The position numbers were made by a program, and so were the translations under genes. DNA of 63,926 nt, filler included, from Gonapodya sp. JEL0774 (taxonomy: Eukaryota), in NCBI GenBank assembly GCA_027604505.1. It is 3 parts of 3 records of this genome, joined end to end, with 100 filler letters (N's around TTAATTAATTAA, not from the genome) between each part and the next. Parts side by side here need not be neighbours in the genome. Positions count along the whole stretch, not along the records: positions 26,659 to 52,648 come from JADIIX010000223.1; 2 more parts are not named here. One strand, written 5' to 3'. Below the pieces are notes generated by a model, which was given only the letters and a program-made list of their open reading frames with translations, was not told where the DNA came from and searched no databases. Shown piece by piece: positions 37,845 to 51,267 of this stretch. Position 1 is the first letter of the stretch; every line of letters begins with the position of its first letter.

Positions 37845-39173
37845 GCGTGTTGCGGTGAACGAAAAATTTCAGGGCGCGATTCTGAGGTTGTAGAATCGCC
37901 AACTATGCAGATAAGGAAATTCGCACAGTTCAAAGCCTTCGGTATCGACAGAAATGTTGTAGAATCGCGAGCTTTGTGGACAACAGAATTGGCACGGTGT
38001 ATTGTCTTTCTGCTTGTCTTCCGGAGAGGTATTCTCTTGTGTTTCCGGTATCTGAATTAAATGGTGTCATCACTCTGAAGGTCCGAGTTTCGTACCAAAT
38101 GCGCTATTCCATCAACAACAAAATAAATTACATCCGTCCTTTACAATCAAAATCTGTGCTGGCAAGCACATAGCCTTGAATGAAATTGTCGAATGAATAT
38201 TCTTAAAGGGAAGCTGACTGCGTGATATCAATGCCCGCCTTGAATTGCGAGCAAACTCCTTACAAAGTGAGGCGTCGAGAGTAAAATAAGTCCAAGCTTG
38301 TCCATCCCGCGACCGTCAAAAGTCAAGTACATAGCTATACCTGGTTAGTACTTCCTTGACTGCCTTCATCGCATAGAAACACGATCGTCGACGGTCACCG
38401 AATCAAACAGTACCGGGCAAACCAATGATAGGTTGCTTTAGACACGCAAAGTTGAGTCGGAATGGGCAGTTACCCAGTTCAAACTCCTACCAGATTGCTA
38501 ACCAGTAGCCGACGACCCACCTCACAATGATCGGATGATTTCAACAGATAAGTGAGACATTGAAAATTCGATGTAATTGCAAATGAAGAATAGGAATGGC
38601 AACGTCGAGTAAGCAAAACGATTATGATCCATGAACGAAAGTGTTCAACTAGCTCAATAGGCACGTCTACCTTCGCTAAATTGGTGTTCACTGTGTCTAT
38701 CTTTGAGAGCAGCTCTACGCACAGACAAGCTTGGAGGAGCCCAGTCCGGAGTTTCCTTGCTGACCATGTGAAATAGGGCAAGGATAACTACTTTTTTTCC
38801 ACATCGATCATTGATTGAAATTGTTGTTTTATGAGGTGAGCTGTCGGGGCTCGCACTCGGGAAGGTCACCAATGAAAAGGAGATCGAGCGAACTCGAACT
38901 TTGCACCCCGGGCAAGAGTCGTTAGGAAAAGGATTTCCTTGACATACAACCGACATACTTCTGTATAGCAGATAGGTCAAGACTCTGTGGGAGAATCAAT
39001 TTTACTGGATGACTGGATGGGGACTCTCGTGATGCTGGCTCAAATGTCCCTGCCGCAGAGGGGGAGATCGGAGGAGTCAGGTGAGGTGATCGGATGAATT
39101 TGCCTTCAGCGGCACCCCTATCTGGCTTTTGGCATTTTCTTTGGTTTCCGGCCACCTCGCTTCCTCGCTTAAC

Positions 39174-41398
39174 ATGCGATTACCGATGTCCCCATTCACT
39201 CGGCTGATGCTCGCGGTGGGACTTCTCGCGACGGCTGTCTCTGCATCGCCGGATTGCGCGGTGGTGGAGGCTTGGTGGAAGCAGTCTGCACTCACAATTC
39301 CCTGGACGGTATGTACTTGGCTGGTCTTAACTTAGCGAGCTTGTTGATGGTGTCATCGTGCTCACCCGCATCGGCATTTACCAGGAGGGAAAATGTTGTG
39401 GTGCCAATTTGACAATGTCGGGCTCCATTGCCTGCGATTACACCGGATGTAAGAGTCCATCGAACAGAGGACCAACGTGCTGTCGAAAATTCACGTATCA
39501 TTCCTCTTTTTGGTGATTGCGCCATGATACCTTCCTCTACCGCCGGTTCATTCTCCTCCCGCAAAAAATCTTGCTCACAGCTCGAATTATGCAATTAATC
39601 ATGCCTCGCCAGAACATTGCTGGTCCGATTCCTCAAAATATCAACACCCTCACCAGTTTATCTGTTCTCTCCCTGGCCAACAACCACATCACTGGCACCG
39701 TTCCTGACCTAACCGCTCTTAAGAACCTGCTCATTCTGGATCTCTCCAATAACCTTCTCAACGCTCTGCCTGCCGCAAGCGTAGCGGGTCTGACAAATCT
39801 CGAAATTATTGATGCCAACGGGAACAACCTCCAAGGAGAGTTCCCCGACCTTCATAGTCTCCCAAACCTGGTCTCCCTGTGGCTCTACCAAAACAATCTA
39901 ACGGGCAGCGTGGACGGCAAGATTCCCAGTTCGGCTTCTGATTGCGCCATTCTCGACGCGGGGAACAATGTCAACGTCACCATCAAGGATTTCGGAAATA
40001 AGGGCCTTTTCACCTGCGGCGGCCAAATCGCGACGTCATGCTTTGATGATGGCATTGTGATTCCAACGGGGTCCGCGCAGGCGTGCCAGCTTGCTAATTC
40101 GGCTCCGGCAGCGGCTGATTGTGCGGTGGTCGAGGCTTGGTTCCAACAGTCGGCGTTGACTGTTCCCTGGACGGTACGTGGCTGCTCAAAGAGATGGGGA
40201 GATTCGTGTCCCCGATGACCTCCATGCCCACCGCTCTATATCATTTGATATTTTCGCACTCGATTCACCTCAGGTTGGGAAATGCTGTGATGCGAAACTC
40301 CCGAACGGGGGCTACATTGCCTGCGACAAAACCGGATGTACGTTGAGTCGGCGATTATCGAAGCCAAGACAACATGATGACTTTCAATCGATCTGGACTT
40401 ACGTCTACTTGTATTGCCTCTAATCACCCCAGCCAAGATCATGGAACTTTCACTTCCAAGCCAAAACATTGCAGGCCCAATGCCTGCGAACCTCAACACT
40501 TTGACGAGCCTGACGGTTTTGTCTCTACGTGAGAAGAAATCCGAAAGTTGTCTGACGATTGGTCGCGCAACCTGACGATTTTCGTGTTCTGTGTTGTTAG
40601 CCAAGAACCACATCACGGGAACCGTTGTGGACCTCCGGGCACTCAAAAACTTGGCTTTCCTCGACCTTTCGAACAACCTCCTCACGTCTTTCCCGGCGTC
40701 CAGCGTGCAGGGATTGAACATGATCGAAACGTTGGATATCAACTCCAACACCATCGCTGGGGAATTTCCAGATCTGCACACACTCACCAACTTGGCCTCC
40801 CTCTGGGTGTTTCAAAACAGCTTCAGTGGTAACGTTGACGGTAAGGTACCCACCGGTGCCCTGGACTGCGCCATTCTCGACTCCGGGAACTTTGTCAACG
40901 TCTCCATCACCGATTTCGGAAACAAGGGAATATTCACGTGCGGTGGCTCTTTGGTGACGGAGTGTTTTGACGACGGTATCCAGCTCCCCATGGGATCGTC
41001 CAGTGATTGCGCAAAGGGTCCCGCGCCGGCTGTTATTGGTGGAGGGGTTGCCGGGGCTTTAGTGGGGACAGGTCTGATCGCTGGATTAGGTACCTTTTTG
41101 TACCGAAGACGACGGGCAGCACGCTTGAACAAATTTGAGTCCGACAAGGAACCTGGTGCGTTCTCATCGTGTTGATACATGATACCTTTGGCAATTGACA
41201 CTTGTACCGAAACCGATTGCAGGCAACCCAGGCCCCTGGATGCGCCTTCCGGACGTCATGTCCAGAAAGGGAACAGAAACCTCGGAGAAGTCTTCTCGCG
41301 GCGTCGGTTTCTTCAAGAGTCGATACAGCACCTCAAAACAGTCGAAAATGAGCGCAATGCCAGATTTGGTAGTGGAGCAGGACCGCGAAGTGAGGTAG
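39174..41398 (+). CDS. LRR receptor-like type I membrane protein with two tandem Cys-capped LRR modules
   Basis: Signal peptide; two copies of DCAVVEAW..PWT-GKCC..IACD.TG followed by LxxLxLxxNxLxGxxP repeats; TM GGGVAGALVGTGLIAGLGTFLY-RRRR; short cytoplasmic tail. Confidence 0.88.
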
Positions 41399-41562
41399 AT
41401 GAAGAGAAAGGACAATTGTGTTCGTAGATCAAGTGAGACCCCAGCGCAGGAAGCTGGAGAGACATTTTGACATCATTATCGTTATTTCCCGTAAAAGTCA
41501 TGCTGTGTTGATGTTTGCATTCGTCCAAAATAATCATATAAATAGGACACACTCCGTGCTTC

Positions 41563-44500
41563 TCATGACTGTGTGGCAGACTGGCCTGCTTCCTTGGTGG
41601 GGAGAGGTGGCAATACCAACCCCTTGCCCGCTCTCACCCTTTTAAACCCGTCACCAGATTTCAGTTGACTGATCAAGTCGTCCATAACTCCACGTCGTTG
41701 TTCATCTCCTTTCGGAGGGTTGGGTGCTATTCTGTCCAAGCTTGATTTTGGTTGCTTCTCACCAGGCAAGAATTGTCGTTCGTTTACACAAGAGACGGAA
41801 ACACAGCTTTTTACAGAAGAACGGAGACTCACATCATTCTTTCCTTTGGAGAGTTTCTCCGCCGCTTTCCTTGCGAGCTCGTCGTCGCGTTCATTTTCTT
41901 TGTTCGCTTTCTAAGTTTTGAATATCGATAAACTGTTAATAGAACGACTCAAATGGTGGTAAACAGCACTGCTTACCTGCAACTTTTGGAAAAAGTCAAA
42001 AAACAAGTGGAAAAATGTTTCGGGAGTAGCGGTTTTCGGATCTTCCCCGAAGAATTCGACAGTCGACTTGAATAGTCTCTCAGTTTCCTTCCGAGACTCT
42101 ACTAGATTTTCTACTTCGCTCTCCGCGCTGTTACGGAAGTTCTTGTAATACAAAGACATGGTCAGCATTACCAAACTTGCGTCACGTGTCCCGACACACA
42201 ATATACCTCTAGAACTTCTGGAAGCTTATCACTTGCAAGATCTGACCTCGGCTTGTTCAGCTCGTCCACGATAAGCGTCATGCCTTTCTGCAATTCAGAA
42301 ACTTCTTCCTGAGTGGACGACAATGAGACCTTTGTCGCCTTCTCAAGGCTCTTTAGATCGTCTCCAATCTTCGCAATCTCCGGAAACTTGGTACTAATAA
42401 GTCGAGCTAAGTAGTGGAGAAACGTGCTTTTGTTGTTGGCCGATTTAGTGTCCGCAAGCTGAATGAGACGGACGCAATGAAGTCGAAGGCAAGTCATGGT
42501 TGTTGACGCTTCACATACGAGACACACACCTTGACCAGCGTGTCAATAGAAAACCCATACGCACCACCCCTGAAAGAATCCCCGTTCATGTAGTTTCCTA
42601 TAGCCAGGATGAGTTCTAGTAATGAACGCAACCGTTTGCTTTGTTGGAGTTCTCGCGATGCAGCCGAAACTGCAACAATATCGGGTGTGACTTCGGTGAT
42701 TCTATCTTTGAATCGTGAGATAAACAAGAGAGAACGAAGACGGGTCTCGTAATTTGGCACTTTCATAGCCTGTGGTGCAAGATTTGAGCTTCGATATGGG
42801 AAGAACTATGTTGGGACGGGTAAAGCAGTTTATTCAACAAACCTCGACCAGAAACTGTTCAGCCCTGTCAAGATCTTTCGCTTTTGATTCGTTTTCGATG
42901 TATTCACCCAGCAGCTCGACCTCTTCAGAAGTTGGAACTCCGTTTGTAAGAAAGGCTTTGAGAAGATTTTCGTCCAGCTTCGTGAGATCACATGACAGAA
43001 GAGCTTCTTTCAAATCAGGGAGGGATATTTTCAGGCGGGATAACATTATTGCTTTCGAACAGTAAGCAAAGAATGATGAGAACATACGGCTACACAGGTA
43101 ACACTTCACACTTCCAAACCTACATATTGCTTGTGAGCGCTTTCCATCCAGCAGCTGGATTTTCTGAACTTTCGCACTCACAGGGCTGCCGCTGATATCA
43201 GATATCCCCGTCTCAGTAGACACTCCCTTTTTGAGTGTTCCCCCTTGATCGTCTTTCGACCCAAGAGCGAAGAGATCCTCCAATTCACTCAAGTCTATTT
43301 CTTTTCGAAGGTTCTCTTCATTTTCTCGCTTCTCGGCAAACGTGCGCCAGACAGTGGTACTGACTTGAACGGGCGAAACTTTGCTCCATTGGATTGGGCG
43401 AAGTTTCACCTTCGGAATGACTTTCGGTTTTGTTGGAAGTGCCATTCCAAGTCTGGGAGGTCCACCACCTGGTGCTGGAGGAGGAGGAGGCGCACTTCCT
43501 GGCGGAGGCGGCGGAGGGGGTCCTGTTCCGGGCGGCGGCGGAGGAGGGGGCGGTCCGGTTCCGCTAGGAGGAGGAGGAGGAGGTCCTCCAGGTGGCGGGG
43601 GAGGAACGGGAACCATTTCACCGAGGACCCCAGGAGGTGGTGGCGGCGGAGGAGGAGCCTCAGCCTCAGATAAAGCTGGACCGGCGCTGGGAGCTGGCGG
43701 TGGTGGAGGGATCGCTGCACTAAACATTCCATGGGGCGGAGGAGGCGGTGGCGGAGGCGGCCCAACGATAGGAGGAGGTGGGGGAGGTGGGATACCTGAG
43801 AGCGGAGGATCCCCTGTAATAGAACAAGGGGGTGCAGGGACCGCTGATGACGAGGTGCGGTCAAAAGTATGTTCGTGGCGCTCTACACTCTGGTGAATGG
43901 TGTGGACTCAGTTTGACCAATGCACAAAACACGCGGACTAACTTTACCTACCGCAATGCCTTTCGCATTTAATACCCGTTTGAAGTCCTGAAGGCATTTA
44001 GACACATAATCCTGAAGTGATATTCTAACTTCTTCAGTCAGAGATCTTCCCTCTGGAAGCGCGACCGAGTTCAAATCGATCATAAAGTTGGTTACATCCT
44101 GCTCAGAGTAAAGTTTGAAGAAGTCATCGACGATGAGCAATACTCCATCACTAACCTCCATCCGAATGCTTGGCGCTCCCTCGCCAGAGTTTCGACTGGA
44201 GCTCCCAGTAGCGGTTTCGCTAGAACGAAACTGTTCAAGTTGTCTTGCTCGTTCTTTTGCCATGTCTTCCAATTCCCGCTGTCTTTGACGATCTTTCTCT
44301 CTGGCTCGCTCACGTTCCGCCTCTCTCTCCTGCTCAGCAACCTCTTTCGCTTCCTTGAGCTTGTTCAACTCGGAGTCCTTCTCCTTCTCCACCGATTCTT
44401 TGGCATTCCGCCATTTTCTGACTTCTTCCTGCCGTTCTTTCTCGAATGCCTCTCTTTCTCTCCGCCATTTCTCAACGTCTTCGTCTCTCTCCCTTCTGAG

Positions 44501-46563
44501 AGCGTTGGTGGTTTCCTTCCATTTGAGTATCTCCTCTTCATGCTGTGCAGTGAACAATTCTACCTCTGCTCTCTTCTTTTCCAGTAACACGATGATCTCT
44601 TGCTCATGCTGACGTTCCCTCGTGATCCCCTCTTCTCTCTCACATCGAAGCTCATTGGCTAGTTCATTCCGTTCATTCTTGAGCTCCATTACACCGCGAA
44701 GCAATTCAGTGCGGCGATCACGAACACCCTCCCCTCCCAAGAATGCCGTCGAGGGAGGCTTACCACCTAAGACACTTTCGATCTCCTTCACCAACCGCTC
44801 AGTCTTCTCCCACTCTTTGACTTTTGCCTGCCATTCGTTCACACGATTGTCAGCCTCTTTTGCGTGTGCGATGGCCGCCTCGTATTCATCCTGCCTCACG
44901 AGGGCACCGACGACGCTGTCAATATCTGAGGATCATTCAATGGTTTGAGCAACATCAACATAAACACTTAGTTGCGAGACCTAGCTCCATTTACCTAGTT
45001 GAAGGATTGCAGGGTCTGGGAATGAGCTGTTGCGACGGAGTGCGATTTGAGAGAGCACAATGTGCGAAAGTTGCCAGAACTTGTTTCTAAACACAATTGT
45101 AGGCATAAATTATGTACAAAAACAGGCCCCAGTGGACCATATGCCTCGACGTACCTTCGCGCACGACTTTCCGTTGCAGGCAAAACAGCCAGGTCTTGTA
45201 GTACTTTCAACAACCAGCCTTGACCCACTCTATCATCTCCTAAGTTTTTCTTAACGGCTGCGAAAAGAGCATCCACATCCCTCAGTGTTCGCAACTCTGA
45301 GCGGTCTAAGCCCCGGCTCTCGATAAGTTCCGCATAGTCCTCCCCTGATGATTCCTGGAACACACGTACTTGCTTCGCCAAAGCTGGGTCACTAACATCC
45401 AAGAACGCCTTCAAAAATTGAAGTGTCACAGATTGACTATTATCCGAGACAAGACAGAAGGCTGCGTCAGCTCACAGGTAAATGATCGATGAGTCCAAGT
45501 CCTAGAAGCTCTTCTGTCAGTAAGCATCGTAGCTCGAGACTCTGCGGAGTGGCGACGATGGCGTTTACTAGCGTCATGCTAGCCATCCTCCACATTAATT
45601 CGACTGCTTCCACAGCGTCAGGATCATCCACTCTCATAGAATCCACGAAAGCTTGCATCCTGAATTCCGTCCTTCTCACATCTCGCTGATGATCGAACGC
45701 ATTTACAACCGAGGCATGCGCACCTTTACCAGCTGCGGATATTTCGCAGACTGCCAAAGAGGCTAGCATTTCCGCAACAACGCTTCGAACGCGAAGGTCA
45801 GGCACATCGAGACAGAGTGTGAGTGTGTTGATTGCTTGAGGATCAGACAGCACACGCTTTAAACCGTCTGTCGTGTTCACGAGAGTCCGAAAACAACGAA
45901 TGGAATTGGTAAGTGGGGTGAGATTGGTGAGACGGTGGTCGGAAGTAGTAGCAGGAATGGCAGTTGCGAAGCGCTGCATGATTTGAACGACAAGTTCCAG
46001 ACCAGAGGAGGAGAGGAACTCGACCACATAGGAATAATGTTCGCCGCGCAGCGCGACCTCGAGCGATTGAAGTTCTTCTGCAAGCTGCTTCAACTCCAAT
46101 TCGGAATGCTGACTCAGAACTGCAACGTATTCTCCGCAGCTCTTTATGGCTTTGGTGGACGCGTGCGCAGCTTCCAGCGCCTGCTTCTTGCGCTCCTCCC
46201 GAATCAGATTCCACTTCTTATCAACATTGAACTTCCTCATCACGTCTTGCGCTTGAGAACTTAGTGCCATGGCCACCTGGGTCGACATTCTCGGATGTCT
46301 TGAACCCCGTCTGGACTTCCCGGCATCAAAAGTGGACATACCATTAATTGCTCAAATTGATCTTCAACATCCTTTTGAGATGGCATCTCGAGATTCTCGA
46401 GCGTGCCTAGAATGTCCTTCGCATCCCCTGTGGGACTCAGTGACGTTGGGCTTCTGCCTTTCATGTCATCCCTCGAGCTACGAACTCCTGCGGGCTTCTT
46501 GATTGGACGATGCGGTCGAGCAGGTACAGAATCATCCTCGAGCTTGGAGTCCTTCTGGCCCAT
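41563..46563 (-). CDS. Diaphanous-related formin (GBD/FH3, coiled coil, FH1, FH2, DAD)
   Basis: Poly-Pro FH1 at ~43480-43800; FH2 motifs KLRPIQWSK, LAIGNYMNG..RGGAYGF, LADTKS...TFLHY; DAD GVMDDLISQLKSG. Confidence 0.95.
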
Positions 46564-46917
46564 TTTGTGCGCGTCTCGTTCGGGCACCTCTTATAATGCA
46601 GTAGCAGCCCAGCTGCCGAAGCCCACCTAGACGACACCACTGCAGTCAACTCACCCTCCCCGCACTCTATCATTTAGGATACTTTCCCACCAGAAGTGTC
46701 AAGATGTAAAAGATGAATTTCCTTGCTCGATCGTGCATCATAATTACCTCTGGGCTAACCTAGAAATACGTACACAAAGTGTTCATTGTCTCATCCAAGC
46801 TTACAAGCCCCCAATTGCTGCATCCCGTCATGGACCCCTACCAGAGGGGCTCCATCAATGTAACGTCCCACGTCCGGCGGATTGCGACCTAACCCGGCCC
46901 ATCACTCTCCCGAGCGT

Positions 46918-48328
46918 CTAACAGATCCACCACTTAACCCCCATAATCATACCCAGGGAACCGCCAGTCAAAGCCTGGAAAGCCGCTGGTGTCAAGTCAA
47001 TATACGAGGTGCGAGCGTCCCAGTTGGTTGGGCATTCAGAAGATGGGCAACTGCGGAGCAAAAGCAGGCGACAATGGAATCACTCAGAGACTGTACAAAA
47101 TAAACAGGGTGACTCACGTGTCCATAACGAGTGCTCTTGCAATGTTACCAGTGTCCGGATGCTGAATACAGATGGTCTGGAAGCACTTTCCACTTACGAG
47201 GTCTCCGGACTGACAGTCAAGAAGGTACAACTGTCAGAAAGGGAGAGCTGAGAACGCCCCTACAGTGTAGAACTCACAAGAGCCACCGCAGCATCCGTGT
47301 CCCACATTTCCCTGCCGCAAGAACCAATACCAGTGGTGGTTTGACCACCTGCACCGAACGCACGGGTGTTGTAGTATGTCGCACGACCAGTCCAGACCTG
47401 CAGAGTAGAAAGAGATGAGCAAACGCGAGGTTTGGCGAGTGCCTTAAAAGTATGCCGATTGTCGATCTGTACTCACATCCGAAGCCGGTTGCGCCGGGGG
47501 AGGGGGAGGCGGAGGCGGCGGGGGAGGGGGAGGAGGCGGCGGTGGTGGGGCACACGCATTAAGAGCTGCCGGGTTGCATCGGTAACCTGTTCCGTTGGTG
47601 TAACGGTCAGTGCAGCAACCTGAAAGGCACTGCCAGTTTTGGCCACAGTACGCCCAGTCCTATTCACAGAAAAGCTAGGTGAAGATTCTAAGCAAAGGAA
47701 GGAAGCGAAAGGGAAAAACTAACCCCAAAGTCCGAAGTAGGAGAGGGTTTGGCGGTGGTGGTGGTGCTGGGAATGATTACGACGGCCGCCGCGGTAGTCG
47801 TTGTTGGAACGGTCGCATTAGTTCCGTTCACGGCGGGAACCTGAACAGTAGCGTTTTGCCCCTGGATTTGAACAGCAGGCGAGGGAGAAGAGGTGGCCGG
47901 TGCAGCTCCCGATGGAGGAGGCGGTGCCGGTGTAGTGGCGGCCGCTGATAGAAGCGCAAATAACGGAGTATGAGGCTCCCGCCGAAGAACTTACATTTAA
48001 CATCAAGCAAAGACTTACTGTCGATGCCAGAAACCAGGTTGCAAGCATTGTTCTTCCACCAGGTTCGGAGGGCGGGGTCCTCCATTTTTCCCCAGGTGGA
48101 CCATCCGACAACGCCATACTGCGATGCCAGCGAGAAGCAGCGAGAGATGACATGGTCGCAGTCCGTAGAGACCCACCAGGTCTTGGTGGCCTCATCGGCA
48201 GTTCCCCACGTTTCACCGACAACTACCCCGTGGGCTTGTTGAGCAGCGCCGCAGGACTGAGGGTCGGTCTGCGCAGCGGCACCAGCAATTGCTGATGCGA
48301 GAATGGTACCGAAAAGAGCCAAGCGCAT
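46918..48328 (-). CDS. Secreted expansin-like (RlpA/DPBB) protein with N-terminal Trp-rich repeats and a Pro/Thr linker
   Basis: Signal peptide MRLALFGTILASAIAGAAA; spliced C-terminus GRATYY...GIGSCG...AAVAL...CFQTICI...VMDTCPSSEC...IDLTPAAFQAL...GVKW. Confidence 0.85.
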
Positions 48329-49694
48329 TGTGATGGCAAAATTAGGAGGTGGCAGGGTCAAGTGGAGAGAAACGGCGGACGAGATCTGAAGGCGTGTCCG
48401 CGAGCTCTGGGATGGTCCGACGAAGTGGACAGGGAACCGGATGGACTCGCAGTCTGCGGTTGCTTGCCGTTTCTCTGGTGTCGAACTATTGGAACACGGT
48501 TGGGAAAAGCTGTGAGGCGTGAACCAAATTTGGAGTGGCGCCACCAGGCCTCGTTCTTTTTTGTCCCTCACCCTTTCCCGATTGGGAATTTCATTTTCAG
48601 CCCTTTTTGCATATGGTCCCAATATTAAATACGTTTGTATGGCGAATCATAACGCAAACGCTCGAGCACGAATCAGAATCATGCAGCAGCTCCTTTAGAC
48701 CGTTTTCCTTGGTTCATTTACGTTTTGCAGGTACATAAGATAGTTGAAATACTAACACGGATGCCCCCGAAGCACAAACAGAGAACGCTCACGAAAAGAA
48801 AGCGATATCGAGAATCTTTGGATTTTGCTCAAAAGCATGAGACCGTCGCGCTCGTCTTTCAGTCTTTCAGCTGTTGCACCACATAGCTAAATATCATTTG
48901 TGATGACCCTCTTGCATTGCTACCACCAGCATATTCTGAAGCATGCATCGAGAAGCATTCGCGAACTTTCAGAGATGACGTGTGAACGCAGCAACTTTGA
49001 ACCCTCTGTGCGATTGGAACGATGGGGGCAAGTGGTTGGAAAACAGCACAATAATTAAAGCGTCCAAGATCAACAAACAGTATGATGTGAGGATATGTGA
49101 GGATTTTGTGCAAGGATGCTACAATTCGATATGCCGGCGCTCTAATTTTGTAGTACGCTGTCCTACGTTCCTTCCGTACTAAATTTCAGTTGTTGTTGTC
49201 ATTGATTTGGTCTCACATGGCCAAAGACGAGGTGGTGGGAGCCTACCATCAGACTTCCGATTATAAATTTAATATCCGTATGAAATACCTGCTTATTCGT
49301 AGTACAAATCTGGCGCACAATGATGGGGGTTGCGATTGGTGTTCAGCAAACCTCCTGGCTTGAACCAAGATCAGAAGCAAACCCTGCTACTCAAAGTTCC
49401 TGTGCACAATAGTTTAAATCGATCATACTAGAACATTTTGCGAACAGCTCGCAACACAAGCGGTGTGACTTCACTGCTCGTGAGATAACATAGTTAAGTA
49501 CACCATGGACCCTGGAGCAATTTTCACACTTACTGCGACAAGCTACAAGCGCTCACTAAAAATATCAATTGCTGCGTCACTTCCGATACTTGTCATTTCA
49601 AGTAGTTCTTTCATTGTAAACTTTGTGATCGGTGTTTCTCACTGACTATTATGCCATCAGACCTTGACCAAAGTGCACATACAAAACCAAAAAC

Positions 49695-51091
49695 ATGTCT
49701 GCAGCTCTGGAAAGCGGGTACGTCAAGCTGAAGAGTCGAATTCTGGAGAGAGCTGAATCTCGTTTAGCTTTCCTGCATTCCCTCGAGGTACTTCTGGTTG
49801 ACATTAAACAGGAGGGAGGAGCGATACTTCGCGATTCTTGAATGATTCAACCATGTCTCCCTCGCTCGCCTAATCCTTGGATCATTCTCAAATGCTCCAC
49901 ACTTAACCACTTGTCTGCTGACCCCAACCAAGCAGGTCATCTTCAGTATCGAATCCATCGTCAACGGCACCGCCCGCCGGACCTCACCCTCTCCAACATC
50001 CATGGTCCTTCTGGTACCTCCACCGAGTTCCTGGTGCCAAACCTGGACCGGACTCCTACAATCCTATCCTCCTTGCTAGCGTTGACACCGTGGAGTCTTT
50101 TGCCGCTGTCTACGCGCACTTAAAACGACCAGGAGACGATAGGACCGTGTCAGATGTGCATTTTTTCAGACAGGGCGTTCGACCAATGTGGGAGGTGAGT
50201 CGGTAGCTGCGAATGGGAGTGGAGGAAGAGGACTTGAGAGAGGAGATAATGTTCTTGTGGCGGTTCTGTGACGAGGACACTCAAGACCTTGGGCCCAATG
50301 TGGCTGCGTGCGAAGTGAATGACAGTGGATGTCACTTAAGAGTAGAAAGACCCAGCTTTAGATCGAGGATACGACGGGGAACTTGGTCACATGCACGGGC
50401 AACACGTTTTCGGCCCCGTCCAACCAAATTTCCTTCCAATCTGCGTCCCAATAACGTACACACTCGAAGGACGACTATAACAAAAAGGGTGGAAAGTGGA
50501 TTGTTCGATTACGAAAGGGCCTCGTTCAACGGTATTGGGAGAACCTTGTGAGTCTTTCAGACCCCTTCGCTTACACCTGTCTATGCTGCTAAACACCACT
50601 TTACGACACCTTCGGTGTTTCAAAACGCCACGAAACGCCGAACTGCGACAACACAGGTCTTCGCACTCGTAGGTGACCAGTTCGAGTTCTCCCATCACAT
50701 CTCAGGAGCTGTGGTTTCGGTACGGCAATATGAAGGTGAGATTCATTGTTAGGAGCGTTACTCACTTGAAAAGACTACATTGCACGCTCTTTCGTGATGG
50801 ACAGACATTCTGTCGCTATGGACCACCAACTCGGAAGCTGCACGGGTGAACCTTCGAATAAAGGACTCGCTTAAAAGAGTGTTGGATCTTCCTTCTGGTG
50901 AGTGTAATGGGTTGGTATGCTCACGATTTGTTGGCGTTCTGGACTCGTTGGTGTTGGTCCTACAACATCAAATCAACCTGTTCTTCCTGCACTCTTTTGG
51001 AAATTCCGTAGAAACCGCCATTGAATATAAAGCCCACCAAGATGCAATCGCGGACAAACATTCGTACCGGAACGCAGATGTGTTCCGATGA
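49695..51091 (+). CDS. EIF4E2: Class II eIF4E (4E-HP/nCBP-like cap-binding protein), multi-exon
   Basis: HPLQHPWSFWY, RPMWEDDYNKKGGKWIVRLRKGL..RYWENL, GAVVSVR..EDILSLW, RIKDSLKRVLDLP...IEYKAH. Confidence 0.88.
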
Positions 51092-51267
51092 CTGTGAATT
51101 GTAGCGTTTTAGCAACAAAGTAATACATAACAAAGTGCTAAAATTCTAACATTGGTGGCTCGTTTACTGTAAGGCTGTTTACACACAGTTATTGTTCCTA
51201 TCGACAGGCAACGGAATTGAGGAAACTCTTTGACCCCGATTCTGAATGACACCCATCCAATCACCGA

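Noticed and set aside
48740..49620. Possible minus-strand spliced gene divergent from eIF4E
   Set aside because: I could not assemble a stop-free exon chain or recognise a domain.
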